From NCBI RefSeq assembly GCF_009914755.1, contig NC_060930.1: 64,000 bases of DNA; one strand, 5' to 3'. The translations under genes were made by a program, and so were the position numbers. Under the pieces are notes generated by a model. It worked only from the letters and a program-made list of their open reading frames with translations. It was not told the DNA's origin and did not search any database. Every line of letters begins with the position of its first letter. Positions within the stretch are counted from its first letter, which is position 1. This DNA is from the human T2T-CHM13v2.0 reference genome, Homo sapiens. Of this stretch, positions 24,673 to 42,679 are shown piece after piece.

Positions 24673-27270
24673 GTCTTTGTGGATTTTTTTATTTCCACCA
24701 TTGATTAAGAAATGAAAACAGACATTCTGAAAAGAGAAGCTTTGGTGAAGGAAGTGTGAAGTCTTCTAGTAAATTGTTAGGTACTTTAATCACATCTTCT
24801 GCTCCTAATGGTCAGACTAGGCAAGGAAGGTCAAAAGGCCAGCCTGTCTGAATGCGCCTTCCGCTGTCTTGGGATCCAAGCCAGGTTTTCTGTCTTTTTT
24901 TCTTTGTCATTTTCCCCTGTAAGCCTCCCTTTTCAGTCAGTTTTCCAGTAGCTCTTTGACAGCTCAGCTGCCCCGTGAGCATCTGCCGCAGTAGCTTTTC
25001 TACACGATTAATCTACCTCCCTCACAGTTCCTGGGCAGCACAAGGTGATTTGCCTGCCATCTCCTCTTATGAAGGGGCCCGCAGGGCTACAAGCCTTCAG
25101 GTTTAGACAATAAATCCGGATTGCTTACACACAGCATTATGTTTGTATCCCTGGAAGATTAGATTTCTCTTAAACGTTTCCAATTTTTAGTCAGTGCCTC
25201 TATTCTGCCCTCTCCTTGTAGAAAACAGCTTACCAGACGGACTCTCATGCCAACACAGAGGCTGAAATCCACGTTAAGAGGGTAAATAGGAACTTGGCTG
25301 AGCCAGGCTCAGTCCCATGTGCTCCCAGGGCCCTCTTAGCTCTCCAAAATCACATGTATGGGGATCCTGCGGGCTGAAAGAGAAGAGGTGGGATGTCTAA
25401 GCAGCTATATGGCCCTGCACAGACAAAGGGTCACAGACAAGGGGAAAAGACCATGTTAGAAGGTGGTCTTCAGAGATGGCTTGCAAGACTGTGGATAAAG
25501 AGATAGACTATGCAAAGCGCTCAGCACAACACGTCACATCACACATCTACAGCAAATAAATACTCGGCAATGGGAACTATCACATGACCTGGGACGTACT
25601 TATATTCCAATAAGAATGTGTGTTGGGCTCAGCATTTAACCCAAAAATAGCATACCTTAATTAAGCATTTTATGATCCATGTACAGACCCAGTGGTCTTT
25701 CTTCACAGAGTTTAGGAAACGAGAATCAGAGGAGCCAGAATTTGTGTATCTGAAAGATGGGCCCACAGGAGAATTCCCGTCTGTTCACCAAGTGGAATTA
25801 AGGTTCTTGTTTTAATTCTGGGATCACTAAGCAGCCTTCCAGTTGTGACTTGGTTTCTCACATGAACTCCTGCCAAGGAGGAGGGCAGGTGCAGTGTCAA
25901 ATCCTGGAGTCTTTCTATAAAATTGTGAGTGGGTTCAGGGTTGGAGTTCCAGTCCTGTCATCGATAAGCTGCCTAACTCTGAGTATGTGTTTTTACCTCT
26001 CTGGGTCTGTTTCTTGGACTAAATTATCTCAAAGTATCTCTTTGGCCCTAACATCCTGTAACTTTGAACATCCCAGTCCACTGTCAGTTACATATTTCAC
26101 AGAAACTGTATGAACTCAGTATTCTCCTTTTATCAATTGGCCTGTCCTGAATTTGACTTAAATGACCCACTTCCTCTGATTCTGGTTATTCTAGGGAGAA
26201 ATGATAAAAATTTAGTTTGTGGACTTATTAGCCTGAGAGGAAAGCCCTACCTCCTGGAAGGACACCCAAAATTGACTCATTTTGTCTTTAAATTCTTCAA
26301 ATACAAAAATCTCAGCCTCTTTTCCATCTGAAAAATAAAAGTGAAGCCAAACTTCAGTTTGCAAAGGATGATTGAGTATTCAAAAAATAACCTCATGAAT
26401 TATACATTTGAGTAAGCACAAGTTATACTCTTCGTTTACTTTACATGTGTCACTAGGTTGCATATTTATACTACCAGTCAGGAAGAAGAAAATGTATTCT
26501 CTTTAGGTTTGGTCTGTTACTGGCTTGGTCTTCCTCCTGAGCTCCCACCTATCACGGGCAAAGGAAAGATAGTTAATATAGAGACTGGTTTTCAACCTTC
26601 GATGCAATAATTTAAATAGTCTCTTTGGTACTCATTTTTGGGGGAATGCTATCTCCGTGCCCTTTTGCCATGCCCATTCCTTCCAAGGTGGTGTCTGGTA
26701 CATGGGGGAGGAAGCCTCTCATGACCACATGATGGTGGGATGAAAGAGCGTGGGGACAGAGGACTATCCGCAGCTCCTTGCTTGCTTGTCTTGGCAGTAT
26801 GGTAGTATAGTAGACTGGCAGTATAGTAGAGTTGACTTGATCTTGTCTGTTGAATCTGCCAGTCTGCTGATGATGTATGTGCATCACAAACCTGTGCCCA
26901 TTCTTTCCCAATGGGCTTTCCATTGACTTTGTCTTCTCTCAGCTCCCACTTGTCAATAGACCACTGAGGCTGAGTACCGTGGCCCAGACTCTATGGCTGA
27001 GCCCCTCATCTTACCACAGTCGGCCCTATGGTAGACTCACTGACTTTCCACTCAGCATTTATGCCATATAAGAATCAACATAGGGTTGAGAGTGTTAAGT
27101 AGACTCGTTCTGTATTCAACTGTCTCACACCACCATGTTGGATCACCCCTAAGTCCCTGCATACTGGCCTAAGTCCCTGAATAGCCTCTTCCCCAGTGTT
27201 CTAAATGGTAAACAGAGAAAGCATGCCCAACCCTTCTATCCATTCCTGTGTTCTCCTTGCTGTATCTGTC

Positions 27271-27375
27271 ACAGTGGTGTGCTGGTAGTATGACAACAGG
27301 TTTTCTAGAAATTTATAGTGTTTTCCAGTTACCATGGTATAAATATTCCCACTATGTCCATCTCAAGATGCTAGC
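27271..27375. mobile_element. MER63-like hAT DNA transposon fragment, cut by the L1 insertion
   Basis: TIR CAGTGGTGTGCTGG and internal ccatggtataaatattcccactatg..atctcaag. No second half is visible in the window. Confidence 0.6.
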
Positions 27376-28429
27376 TATTTGAGGGGTCCATCCCAAGATG
27401 GCCAAATAGGAACAGCTCCGATGTGGAGCTCCCAGCATGATCGACAGAGAAGATGGGTGATTTCTGCATTTCCAAATGAGGTACCTGGTTCATCTTACTG
27501 GGACCAGTTGGACAGTGGGTGCAGCCCACAAAGGGCGAGCCAAAGCAGGGCCGGGGATCACCTCACCTGGGAAGCTCAAGGGGTCAAGGGATTTCCCTTT
27601 CCTAGCCAAGGGAAGCCGTGATAGACTGTACCTGGAAAAACGGGACACTTCTGCCCCAATACTGCACTTTTCCCATGGTCTTAGCAACTGGCAGACAAGG
27701 AGATTCTCTCCGTGCCTGGCTCGGCAGGTCCCATGCCCATGGAGACTTGCTCACTGCTAGCGCAGCGGTCTGAGATCCACCTGCAAGGCTGCAGCCTGGC
27801 AGGGAGTGCGGGACGGGGGTGTCTGCCATTGCTGAGGCTTGAGTAGGTAAACAAAGTGGCGGGGAAGCTCAAACTGGGTAGAGCCCACTGCAGCTCAGCA
27901 AGGCCTATGGTCTCTATAGACTCCACCTTTGTGGGCAGGGCATAGCTGAACAAAAGGCAGCAGAAACTTCTTCAGACTTAAACACCCCTGTCTGACAGCT
28001 CTGAAGAGAGCAGTGGTCCTCCCGGTACAGTGTTTGAGCTCTGAGAACGGACAGACTGCCTCCTCAAGTTGGTCCCTGACCCATGTGTAGCCTAACTGGG
28101 AGACACCTCCCAGTAGGGGCCTACAGACACCTCATACAGGTGGCTGCCCCATCTGGAACAAAGCTTCCAGGGGAAGGATCAGGCAGTGATATTTGCTGTT
28201 CTGCAATATTTGCTGTTCTGCAGCCTCCACTTGTGATACCCAGGCAAACAGGGTCTGGAGTTGACCTCCAGCAAACTTCAACAGACCTGCAGCTGAGGGA
28301 CCTGACTGTTAGAAGGAAAACTAACAAACAGAAAGGAATAGTATCAACATCAGCAAAAAGGACATTCACACCAAAACCCCATTTGTAGGTTGCTAACATC
28401 AAAGAACAAAAGTAGATAAAACCACAAAG

Positions 28430-29453
28430 ATGGGGAGAAACCAGAGAAGAAAAGCTGAAAATTCTGAAAACCAGAGCACCTCTTCTCCTCCAAAGGATCG
28501 CAGCTCCTCACCAGCAATGGAACAAAGTTGGACAGAGAATGACTTTGACAAGTTGACAGAAGTAGGCTTCAGAAGGTCGGTAATAACAAACTTCTCCGAG
28601 CTAAAGGAGCATGTTCTAACCCATCACAAGGAACCTAAAAACCTTGAAAAAAGATTAGATGAATGGCTAACTAGAATAAACAGTGTAGAGAAGACCTTAA
28701 ATGACCTGATGGAGCTGAAAACCATGGCATGAGAACTTTGTGATGCATGCACAAGCCTCAATAGCTGATTCGATCAAGTGGAAGTAAGGATATCAGTGAT
28801 TGAAGATCAAATTAATGAAATAAAGTGAGAAGACAAGTTTAGAGAAAAAGAATAAAAAGAAACAAAGAAAACCCCCAAGAAATATGAAACTATGTGAAAA
28901 GGCCAAATCTATGTTTGATTGGTGTACCTGAAAGTGACAGGGAGAATGGAACCAAGTTGGAAAACACTCTTCAGGATATTATCCAGGAGAACTTCCCCAA
29001 TCTAGCAAGACAGGCCAACATTCAAATTCAGGAAATACAGAGAACACCACAAAGATACTCCTCGAGAAGAGCAACCCCAAGACACATAATTGTCAGATTC
29101 ACCAAGGTTGAAATGAAGGAAAAAGTGTTAAGGGCAGCCAGAGAGAAAGGTCGGGTTACCCACAAAGGGAAGCCCATCAGACTAACAGTGGATCTCTTGG
29201 CAGAAACCCTACAAGCCAGAAAAGAGTGGGGGCCAATATTCAATATTCTTAAAGAAAAGAATTTTCAACCCAGAATTTCATATCCACCAAACTAAGCTTC
29301 ATAAGTGAAGGAGAAATAAAATCCTTTACAGACAAGCAAATGCTGAGAGATTTTGTGGCCACCAGGCCTGCCTTAGAAGAGCTTCTGAAGGAAGCAGTAA
29401 ACATGGAAAGGAACAACTGGTACCAGCCACTGCAAAAACATGCCAAATTGTAA
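28430..29453 (+). pseudogene. Disrupted L1 ORF1p
   Basis: MGRNQRRKAENS...; premature TGA at 28730, further stops and a frameshift near 29290; canonical end AKL-TAA at 29451-29453. Confidence 0.93.
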
Positions 29454-29516
29454 AGACCATCAATGCTATGAAGAAATTGCATCAATTAACGGGCAAAATA
29501 ACCAGCTAACATCATA

Positions 29517-32245
<2,729 letters not shown>

Positions 32246-32696
32246 TGGGTACCAGCAGTGCCTCTGGAAGGGGATTTTCTACCCCTCTACTTCTGCCTCC
32301 TTTCTCAGGTCCATGAAAACAACCTGCCATTGGTTATTCATCAACAATATGCTCCATGCTGGATCTTAAACTCCACCTTGGATCCAGGTTAATGACACTT
32401 GTACTGCTCTAAACTTCCATTGTGTGAACCACCAGATTTTCATCCTTTCTTCAGACTCGTGTGACTGAGTGCTGCTCCCACACATGACCACCCCCGACCT
32501 CACTCAGCATCTGTGGAATTCAATTATATCAGGATCCACAATACCCTTGGGAAATCGATTTCCTCCCCCAAACTTCTGCCTCCTTCTTCTGACCCCCTAA
32601 TAACCACCAGATACTGATAAAGTAAACCATGATTTCCTAGTTCACTTTACCACCCCTGCCCCATCTGTCTGTCTAGACCTTATCCCAAAAATACCT

Positions 32697-32995
32697 GATG
32701 TGCAAGCCACAGAGGAAATTTTTAATTTTCTAGTAGTCACATTTAAAAAAAAAGAAAAAGGTGAAATTAATTGTAATAGTACATTTTATTTCAATTATCT
32801 AAAATGTTATCATTTCAATATGTAATAAATAATTTTTAAAATTATTAGTAAGACATTTTACATTCTTGTTTTTCTCTAAGACTTCAAAATCCAGTCTGTA
32901 TTTAATCCTTACAGCCCATCTCAATTTGGACTGGCTTCATTTCAAGTTTGTAACGGCCACTAGGAGCCAGTGGATATTGTATTGAATAGCACGTG
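32697..32995 (-). mobile_element. MER33-like hAT-Charlie element
   Basis: aattttctagtagtcacattt...ggtgaaattaatt...cttacagcccatctcaatttggact...tattgaatagcac. Confidence 0.8.
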
Positions 32996-33014
32996 ACCAG
33001 AAATTAGGTATTAG

Positions 33015-33290
33015 TAGTAATAAAAATAATAATAGCTAATACTTACTGTGTACTTACAACATACCCAGCACGCTCCTGAGCCCTGGAGACTTTCTATGCA
33101 TTCCAAAACTTACTTCTTACAGCAATCTCATAGGCTAGGGACTGTTATTAATCCCATATTGTAAACAAAGAAATAGCCTCACAGATTATGCACTTTCCCA
33201 AGCTGATACAAACTGTTGAGTGGCAGAGCCAAAGCTAGCAGACTGGTGGGTTTCCAGGCTCAGGCATTTATCACTCCTGTGACGCTGCTT
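33015..33290 (-). mobile_element. MIR SINE
   Basis: aataatagctaatacttactg...cccatattgtaaacaaagaaa...gagtggcagagcc. Confidence 0.75.
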
Positions 33291-33371
33291 CCTAACCTAC
33301 AGAACAGTTACTAAACTTACGAAATTTCCACACATTGGGAATACATGCGAGGACTAAAAATGTGACGGATA

Positions 33372-33667
<296 letters not shown>

Positions 33668-33703
33668 TTATGGATAAAATAGCTGAAATGTTTCGAAGGC
33701 TAA

Positions 33704-34033
<330 letters not shown>

Positions 34034-34581
34034 TGAAAGTCATCAGAGAGGATAACCATATCCTTCCAGAAAATACCCCCCTGTGCCATAGCCAAAGAGG
34101 AAACCCAGCAAAGGGTAATATTTATTATGTTCTCGAGCTTTGAAAACTTCAAAAAGCATTCATTTAGAGAAAGTTAGTTTCCAACAGACTAGACAGACAA
34201 TTAAAATCAAGCTGGTTTCCCCCTTGGTCCCTTCACTCAATAAACCCTGTTAGCCTCTGGAGCCAATGCTATTAGCCTGGAATGCGGTGGGGGGCGCTCT
34301 TAGCTGCTGTCTCATGTGCTGTTTTCAAAGACTTCTCCGTGAGGAACATCAATGGTTTCCTTCTGTTGCCCTGGCTAACTAAGTGGAACACCCTCTTAGC
34401 AACAAAAAGGGGAGATTTGCTAGCACCTTCACTATATGCAGCAAATATCATCTCCCAGTAATAGTCCTAGGTAATTAAACTTTTATTTTTCCCATGATTT
34501 ATCGTCTGGGAAATACTAACTCTGTTAAACTTCGGACTTTACATATAAAATGTAAAATTTTTTTCAGTTTGGATAAAGTTC

Positions 34582-34990
34582 TGTTATAAGTAACTGAAAA
34601 TCAAGCAGAGACATACACAAGTTAGAGGTTTATTTCTCTCTCCAGTAAACCTGGGAAGTTCATGGTGGCCCAGTTCACTAGGACTTGGACTTCTTTTATT
34701 TTGTAACTCCATCATCCTCACCTGTGGCTTCTGCCTTTTAGTCCAAAATGGCTGTTTCAGATCTAGTGATATCATCACATTCCAGCCAGCAAGAAAGAAA
34801 AGAAGGCAAGAAAGTGATAGCCCTCTTCTTTTAAGGACCCTTCTGGAAGTTGTATATACAACTTGTACATATTGGCCAGTAGGCCACCTGAGAAGACTGA
34901 GGGCCTCAGTTCTTTCCTAGCTGTTGGCTGGAGGTTGCACACAGTTTCTCATTACATGGCTTTTTCAATATGGCAGATTGCTTTATGAAA
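34582..34990 (-). mobile_element. MLT1J-like and adjacent MLT1 LTR fragments
   Basis: gaggtttatttctctctc...caaaatggctg...cacattccagccagcaagaa...cttttaagg; then gagggcctcagttc..ctagctgttggctggagg. Confidence 0.6.
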
Positions 34991-35137
34991 ACAATATTCA
35001 GCAAGACCCAAGCTTCAAGGGGGGATGAGAAATGTAATATTTGCTCTCAGTTTCTGTGGTAGCCATGAAATTATGCCTCTCAGATGTCCGACTAAGGAAA
35101 CGTAATTGTCTGAAGGCCCCAGCTGCTGTCCTCTGGA

Positions 35138-35253
35138 AAGGCTGAGGGAGGAGGGTTGCTTGACTTAGGAAGTCAAGGCTGCAGTGAGTTATGATCGCGC
35201 CACTGCACTCCATCCAACCTGCTTGACAGAGCAAGACCCCATCTCTAAATAAA
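35138..35253 (+). mobile_element. Alu right-arm fragment (AluJ/FRAM-like)
   Basis: aggctgagggaggagggttgcttga...gcagtgagttatgatcgcgccactgcactcc. Confidence 0.8.
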
Positions 35254-35270
35254 TTTTTAAAAATACAATC

Positions 35271-35588
<318 letters not shown>

Positions 35589-36811
35589 CTATTTAAATAA
35601 CAGAAAAAGCCTGTTTCTATTTCTGTCAATGTATGTGTATTGCATGTATGTTACAAATAATCCTTTTCCTAACTTAGAACTTATATTTCTACAGGGTGAG
35701 GGCTTATGTATAAAACCAATATAAAATAATGAAGAGGAGAGATACCAAATCTTACATCTTTTCCTTGTACAACCTGAAGACATGCCTCAGACCCAATAAT
35801 TTTTTATATTGCAATTTTCATTTTAATTCCTTAATTTTGTACTAATTTTCCAAAATGTTTGGTAGATTTCCCTCAATATGCTAAGAGGTCAGCTTAAGAG
35901 AATGGGCAGGGGGTCTTGGAAACTCAGATAAGGGCCTTGACACTTATTTTGGGCAAAGCTAACACTGAGTCACAGGGTTGTTCCAATGAATTATTTTCCC
36001 TGTTGCCTCAGATGAGAAAAATTCACTCTGATTTTATTTCTTATTCTTGTGTCTGCTTTATCATCACAGTTAATATAAAATATGCCAATAAATACTCTAT
36101 CTAAACAATAAGTCTTCTCATTTCCTTTTTGCGCCACACAGAACTTGCAGAAAATGGGGAAAACGGGGCTACCTTTTCTTAAACCAGTTTGCCCAGGAAG
36201 CCCATGCTGTGTAGTTCACAATTTCAGCCAGGAGGTGGCGGTAGTAACCAATGGCAAAATCCTGAGACACTGCCTCTATCAGCTTCTCATTGTCCTGCGG
36301 ACGCTTCCTGGATCTAATCTGATGCTTATGAAAGTGATTTCCTTCTTTCGAAAACACCAGGCCCAAACAAAAACTAACTTCATCCTGCAGATAAAAACTG
36401 TATGTGCCTTACAAGTTGTCAGACTCCTCCAGACCTTCAATCAATATTTTCCCAGCAGCAAAATGCAGCTGCACATTTTAGGAAGCAGAGTGGGCAAATT
36501 CCTTCTGCGGAAGCCCATGAACCATCAGGCCTCCCCCTCAGGGTGGCAGGAAGGTGTGGAAAGGGGGACTAAGCAATCCAAGCTGCTAGACAATCCGAGC
36601 TCCAGGGAGGCCAAGCACATTCCCCCAGTTTGTGCAGGAAACAGCAGGGAACTGAAAAAAGGGTTCTGTTGAGATGAGACTGATGTTCCCAAGTCCTGAG
36701 TCCTCAAACCGAATCACTTTCCGGCAGCAACACCTGTCTTTAGCATGCAAACATCGGTCTCATAGAGTCTTCCCTGAAAGATGTTTAATGATCATGTCAT
36801 TACTGTCACTC

Positions 36812-37107
<296 letters not shown>

Positions 37108-37554
37108 ACTGCCACCTTTTAAACTACAGAAGATGAGTGTGCCTGCTCAGACAATGAAGGACTCTGAGGGATTTGGAGAGCCACAAGGAGTCCAGACCTT
37201 AACCTGAGGGCAACAGCACCATTAAAAGTTTCTAAGACAAGGAGGAACACGGCTCCACCAATTTACAATGGCTAAGAAGAAAATAAGCTCGTCGGAAGGC
37301 AGGAAGTTGAGTCAATTTTCTATCCATGAATCTCAGCATTAGGTTGTTTTTATTGAACTTCTGATAGTACATCTTGAAGAATGCTAAGGAAAAGTCTAGA
37401 AAGGTGCTCTTAGTCTCCTTTCTCTACTGCAGAAGCCCTTTGTGATCTCCAGGGGAAGCAGCCCCCGTTTCCATATGGTCCCAGGGAGACGAACGACGGC
37501 AGAACATTTCATGTGCTGTGGAGGCACCTAGCTTCAGAATGTGAAAAAGTAACC

Positions 37555-37690
37555 AGAGCTCTCAAACCTCCCTTTCCTCATGTGTTAAATAGGGATAATA
37601 GTCCTTACGTCAGGGTTGTTGGGAGAGTGAAATGAGATCACATATGTGAGTCACTGACCTACAGTAAGTGTTTGGTAAACAGTAGTTATC
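37555..37690 (+). mobile_element. MIR fragment
   Basis: tttcctcatgtgttaaatagggataatagtcc...gggttgttgggagagtgaaatgagat. Confidence 0.75.
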
Positions 37691-40045
37691 ATGGGCGGAG
37701 GCCTGACCTGGGAAACGGTCGGCAGGCACAGTAAACTCACCAGCAGATGCTAAAGGGAGCCCCGAGGCTCATCATACCCACCACATGTACACGCATACAC
37801 ACATACACACACACGCACTCATGCACACACACAAGCAGGCACAGAGCATCCCTCCTACATCTCACACATGCCAGGTCTTCCGGGAGTCACTTCTGTGCTT
37901 CAGCCAAGATGCCCTGGAAATTTTCCTTTTCTCACCTGCATGAAAATGCTTTTGAGGCCCCCCAGCCTCCGCCCGGAGTTTAGCCCCTTCAGACTCTGCA
38001 CCCCTGGGGGTGGCCCTGACCCACCCACCCCTGGAGCCCACCATTCCAGGGCTCCCTGATTGTTTACATGGCAATAGAAAGCTTGAGATCAAGCTGAGGT
38101 TGCGGCGCATATTTGAACTACAGGGAAGGGAAAGTGTCCTGCTGAGGTTTAGAAGGAAGGTGGGGACTCACAGAAGCCACACAATGAAAAGTCACTGATG
38201 ATAAATGCCGATTTCACACCCGTTAACCACGGAGAATGCGCCTGCACCAGGCCCAGGTGTCTCTTGACGGAACGAGGTGTGCCTCTCCCCGCGGTGTGCA
38301 GCCTGCCCTGTTCTTGCCCTGCAGTCTCATGGGAACTTGCACTGTTTACCAGAGCTAAGTCGGAGTTCATCAGCATTCACTCAGACCTATTCCAAGTGAC
38401 TTCTCATGCCCAACCAGGCAGGGACAGGATGGCTCAGTCCCCTGCATAGAAACTTCCAAAGTTCTAAAAGAGTCTTACAGCAGAAAGGAGTTCAGTGCCA
38501 GGCCTAAATTGATTCCTTTAACAAAACCTGTGCAGGTTCTGGCTTACAGGACTTGGTTCCAAATGTTGGTTTGGAATGTCACTTCCATCAAAACAATGAC
38601 TCTCAGGGTGGGTGTGTTTCCAGGATTCCCTCAAAAGACAGTTGAGCCCACTCTCATCCTCCCGCAGAGCCGGGAAGCCAGGGAAAGCCTGGCACATTGG
38701 GGAGACTGAGTCAAGTTCAAAATGGCCAGAGAATTGATGAGGAGGGCCAGGAATGGAGAGAGAAGAGAGAGAAAGTACACAGAGGCCCATCAGATAATGA
38801 AGGACTTTGGAAGCCACTTTAGGAGTCTGGACGTTACCCTGAGATAATGGGGTGCCATGGAAGGATTTTAAGTAGAAGCCCCACTGATCAAAAAGGCTGA
38901 AACTCTTCTCCCTTCAAAGTATTGCAACAGTAGAAGTAAACTCTGTGGCTGGTCCAGGGCCTGGAGCTGCAGGGGTTCTCGGACAGCATAGGAGACAGGG
39001 AGAGCAACGAGGGCCCTGGGCTCCCTGCCAGGGTGGGCAGGGAGGGGAGCCCCGAAGCTCTTGGTTTCAGCATAGGGAGTGGGAGAGGCCGGAAGGAGAG
39101 GCCAATAAGACACTTCCCAACTCAGGGAGCTCTTTTTAGGTGGGAGGCTATGTTTAATGCAGGTGTTCCTCAGGGGATGTCTGCATCCTGCTTTCTTGAA
39201 AATGCAGTTTCCTCCAAGCCTAGAAACTACTATCAGTCCAGACATGATGGCTACACGGCAGTGGTCATACAAAAAAAAAAAAAAGAAAGGTGCAAGATGT
39301 GCAAGATGGAAAGAATGGATCTATTTTATGTGGGACATTAGTTATCTGTAAACGTTTGACAAACACCAAAGGCTGGTGCCCTGCAGGCCACAGTATATTG
39401 ATTTCTCTTTATGCCCAGATATGAACTGCATAAAACTTGAAGCCTGTGGGAAGTAATTTAAGGTTAAAATATTTTTATGATATAATAGTGTTTTTCTAAA
39501 AGCAAAGATAGTATAAATAAATACACCTGCACACCAATGATAAGGTTAAAATTGTATATTTAAATATATTAATAAATCAAGCCATAGGGCAAACCGAGAG
39601 CAATAAAGGCAACACAGATCCCTAATCATGAGTCAGTCAGCACTGCAGCAAACAGGCAAGGTGCTCGGACTGAAATATTTTCATAAAAGCCATACCAACT
39701 TTGCACAAATGAGTTTTTATTCTCTAGACAGCACATGTTATAACGTGAGCCTTTTAATTTTCCTCACTTTTCATTTATTTTGCTTTTGCTCTAGACAAAT
39801 GCCAGGATTAACAAAAAACATTCTTTCTACATTTATTAAAAAACAAAAATATATTCAGAAACCTAGGCTTACAATATTGGAACTTCCCCTCTCAAAAAGC
39901 AAGACAGCTTCTTAGCTAAATTGCAAAAACATTGGCAGGCTTCCATGAGATTTCAAAAATAGTTAAATAGCAAGATGGCCCACATATTTTTCCATGAATA
40001 CATTAAAAACAGATTGATGACTATTGAAACATGAAACATAACTAC

Positions 40046-40613
40046 TACCATATTTTATGGAATCCAAAACTGCCTTGGTGTAAGACACACTGTTATTTAA
40101 TGAAGGACTAAGAAAATATAAACACTGACAGAACTCTATCTGTCACAATGTTTTATCACTTAGACTTTTTAAAGCATATTACAAGAGCTCTTTTAGGCCT
40201 AATTGAACTTAGAATTTATTCATCATATATCACTCTTCTGCATGAGCAGAAAAGCAAAGATAGGTAAATCACTGGGTTACAGTATGCCTAAGACTTCACA
40301 GTCAGCCTCTAACTCTTTGGAATCACTCTTTGATTCTGGATCTTTTATATCCATGTCTTCCCAGACACTGTTGAACCTCGAGCCATCAAGAGCTTCCAGG
40401 AGGGTTTTGGTGAGGCCGTATAGCTTTGAAAAGTGCCAGACAATTGTCTTCAGGATTTTCATCTAAGCCTCTGACACCCATCCTCTGAGCTTTGATGTTC
40501 ACACAAAGGCCACGGCAACCATGTCACACAGCTGCGATGGGAGTATGGGACCCGGAGATTTCAGAGTGGTTGGAGCAGAAGAAAGCATTCCTCTTAGAAT
40601 CGGTGAAATACAC
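40046..40613 (-). mobile_element. TcMar-Tigger/pogo-class DNA transposon relic
   Basis: Imperfect inverted ends taccatattttatggaatccaa / ttagaatcggtgaaatacac. The minus-strand peptide (...TIVWHFSK...ALDGSRFNSVWEDMD...) resembles a pogo-type transposase C-terminus. Confidence 0.55.
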
Positions 40614-40869
40614 TCAAATGTAATTTTTACTTTTGTGGTCTTCCACTTCCACTTTTCCCCCCACCTCCAACCAGATACATTTATATACATCTAAGTCCAA
40701 AGATAACTCAGGGAAGGAGAAAATTCTGACATCTATAATAAAAAGTAGGAAAAAACACATTTAAAAAAAACATGGCAAACCTATCATTGGGGATTATTGC
40801 GTCAGTCTACACTCCAGAATGTCTCCAGCTGGTACACGGTGTAAATTAGCACTGCTGGAAGCTAGGAGT

Positions 40870-41120
40870 ACATGTGGGTTAAGAAGCCTGGGGAGGCTCA
40901 GGGCAACAGAAATAACACAGGCGCTGGGGTCAGCCCCAGCTGGGAATGGGTGGCGGCTTTCTCATTTAACTTGCCTGATGATGTCCATGCTACCTAACCT
41001 CTCTAAGCTCCAGGCTGCTCATCTATTAAAAGGATGATAATAGTACGTGTCTCACTGGGTTGTGATAAGAAGTAAATCAAGTCACAAATATAAAACACCA
41101 CCAATAAATGCCAAATATAT
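40870..41120 (+). mobile_element. MIR SINE
   Basis: tacctaacctctctaagctccaggctgctcatctattaaaaggatgataatagtac. Confidence 0.65.
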
Positions 41121-42032
41121 TTTGGTCCCCCCCCCATTTATCCCGTCCTCAATAAACAGCCCCAGACATCACCCAAAAGCTGAAAATAAATCAGAACCAC
41201 TCAAAAACAAAGAAACAAAATTGAAGCATGCTTTTGTCTGTGTATCACTGAGATTCATGAATGGCAACTAATTCTCTCATATTTTTCCACCAACACAGAA
41301 AATAGTTACAGCTCAACATCGGGAGCAACATCTTTGGGTTTTTGACATTCTACTACAAATGGTGATCTTTTAAAGAATAGTATATGAACATGATCCAAGT
41401 CTGTTGAGAAGTGAGTTCAGCCACAACCTTTGGCATTCTTGGATGCAGTCAGACTCTTCCACAGCAGTGGCAAGTTCATGCCTGGGCAGACAGTTGGTGA
41501 GGACACAGCCCGATCCCAAGCCCAGCTCACTCCCAGTGGCTTCTCTCCCTCCCTTTCTGTGGGCACACCAGCTACAGTATTCTCCTGCCTGCCCCCAAAT
41601 ACAATGCCTCCACGCAGGGCATGCAGATGCAAACCTCTGCCTTCCAGGAAACCCAGCAAAACTTCCTCCTTGGAGTTGGTTCCAGTAAAAGGTGGAGCTC
41701 ACCCACAGTGGGCAGGAAGTTGAAAACACAATCCCAAACTCAGCAGCGACTTTCTTCTGAGGCCCTGGTAGCTCAGTTAATCATTTCACCTTGGTTTTCC
41801 ATCTTTCTAATGGGAGTAATAGGCTTCCCTCCTCTACAAGTATGTTTTGAGAATTAAGTGTTTGGGGAATGTGGCTGTTTTGTATGCTCTGGTGGGTGGA
41901 ACATTGAGAGAATACCAAACACTACTGTGGCGTATTTGTGGTGAACTGACAGCCTGACCCTTTAGTAAACCACATTACTAGGAATCGCGTCCATCACTAC
42001 TCAAGGCTTTTATAGGTTAAAAAAAAAATCAT

Positions 42033-42330
<298 letters not shown>

Positions 42331-42350
42331 AGAAATCATGTAGTAGATGA

Positions 42351-42519
42351 TTCTCTCTCTCTCTTTACCTCTCTCTTTATCTCTCTCCCCACCCTTTTCT
42401 CTCTCCATCTCCTTTCTTTCTCTCCCTCCCTTTCTCCTCTCCTCTTTCCCCATCTCTCCCTTCCTCTGTCTCTCCCTTTCTTTCTCCCCCTTCTCTTTCT
42501 CTTTCCCTCTCTCTCTCCT
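42351..42519. repeat. CT-rich polypyrimidine low-complexity tract
   Basis: About 170 nt almost entirely C/T. Confidence 0.92.
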
Positions 42520-42679
42520 GTTTTTGGTCTGTGCAGGTTCATGTCTCCTCTGTTGTGGTAACAGCACTCCTTTCCTCTGGGCTTTTGCAACACTCTCCCC
42601 CACAATACCTCCTCCAATCCCTCTCCTATTTGGGGACCCCAGGCAAAGACCCAGGACTCAGGCCTCCCTGGTTATAACA

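Noticed and set aside
26168-26177. Isolated PU.1 motif CACTTCCTCT (similar cores at 7182 and 11313)
   Set aside because: Single short motifs are expected by chance and cannot be supported without chromatin data.
27588-27597. Perfect kappaB site GGGATTTCCC
   Set aside because: It appears to be part of the ordinary L1PA 5'UTR sequence and is not locus-specific.
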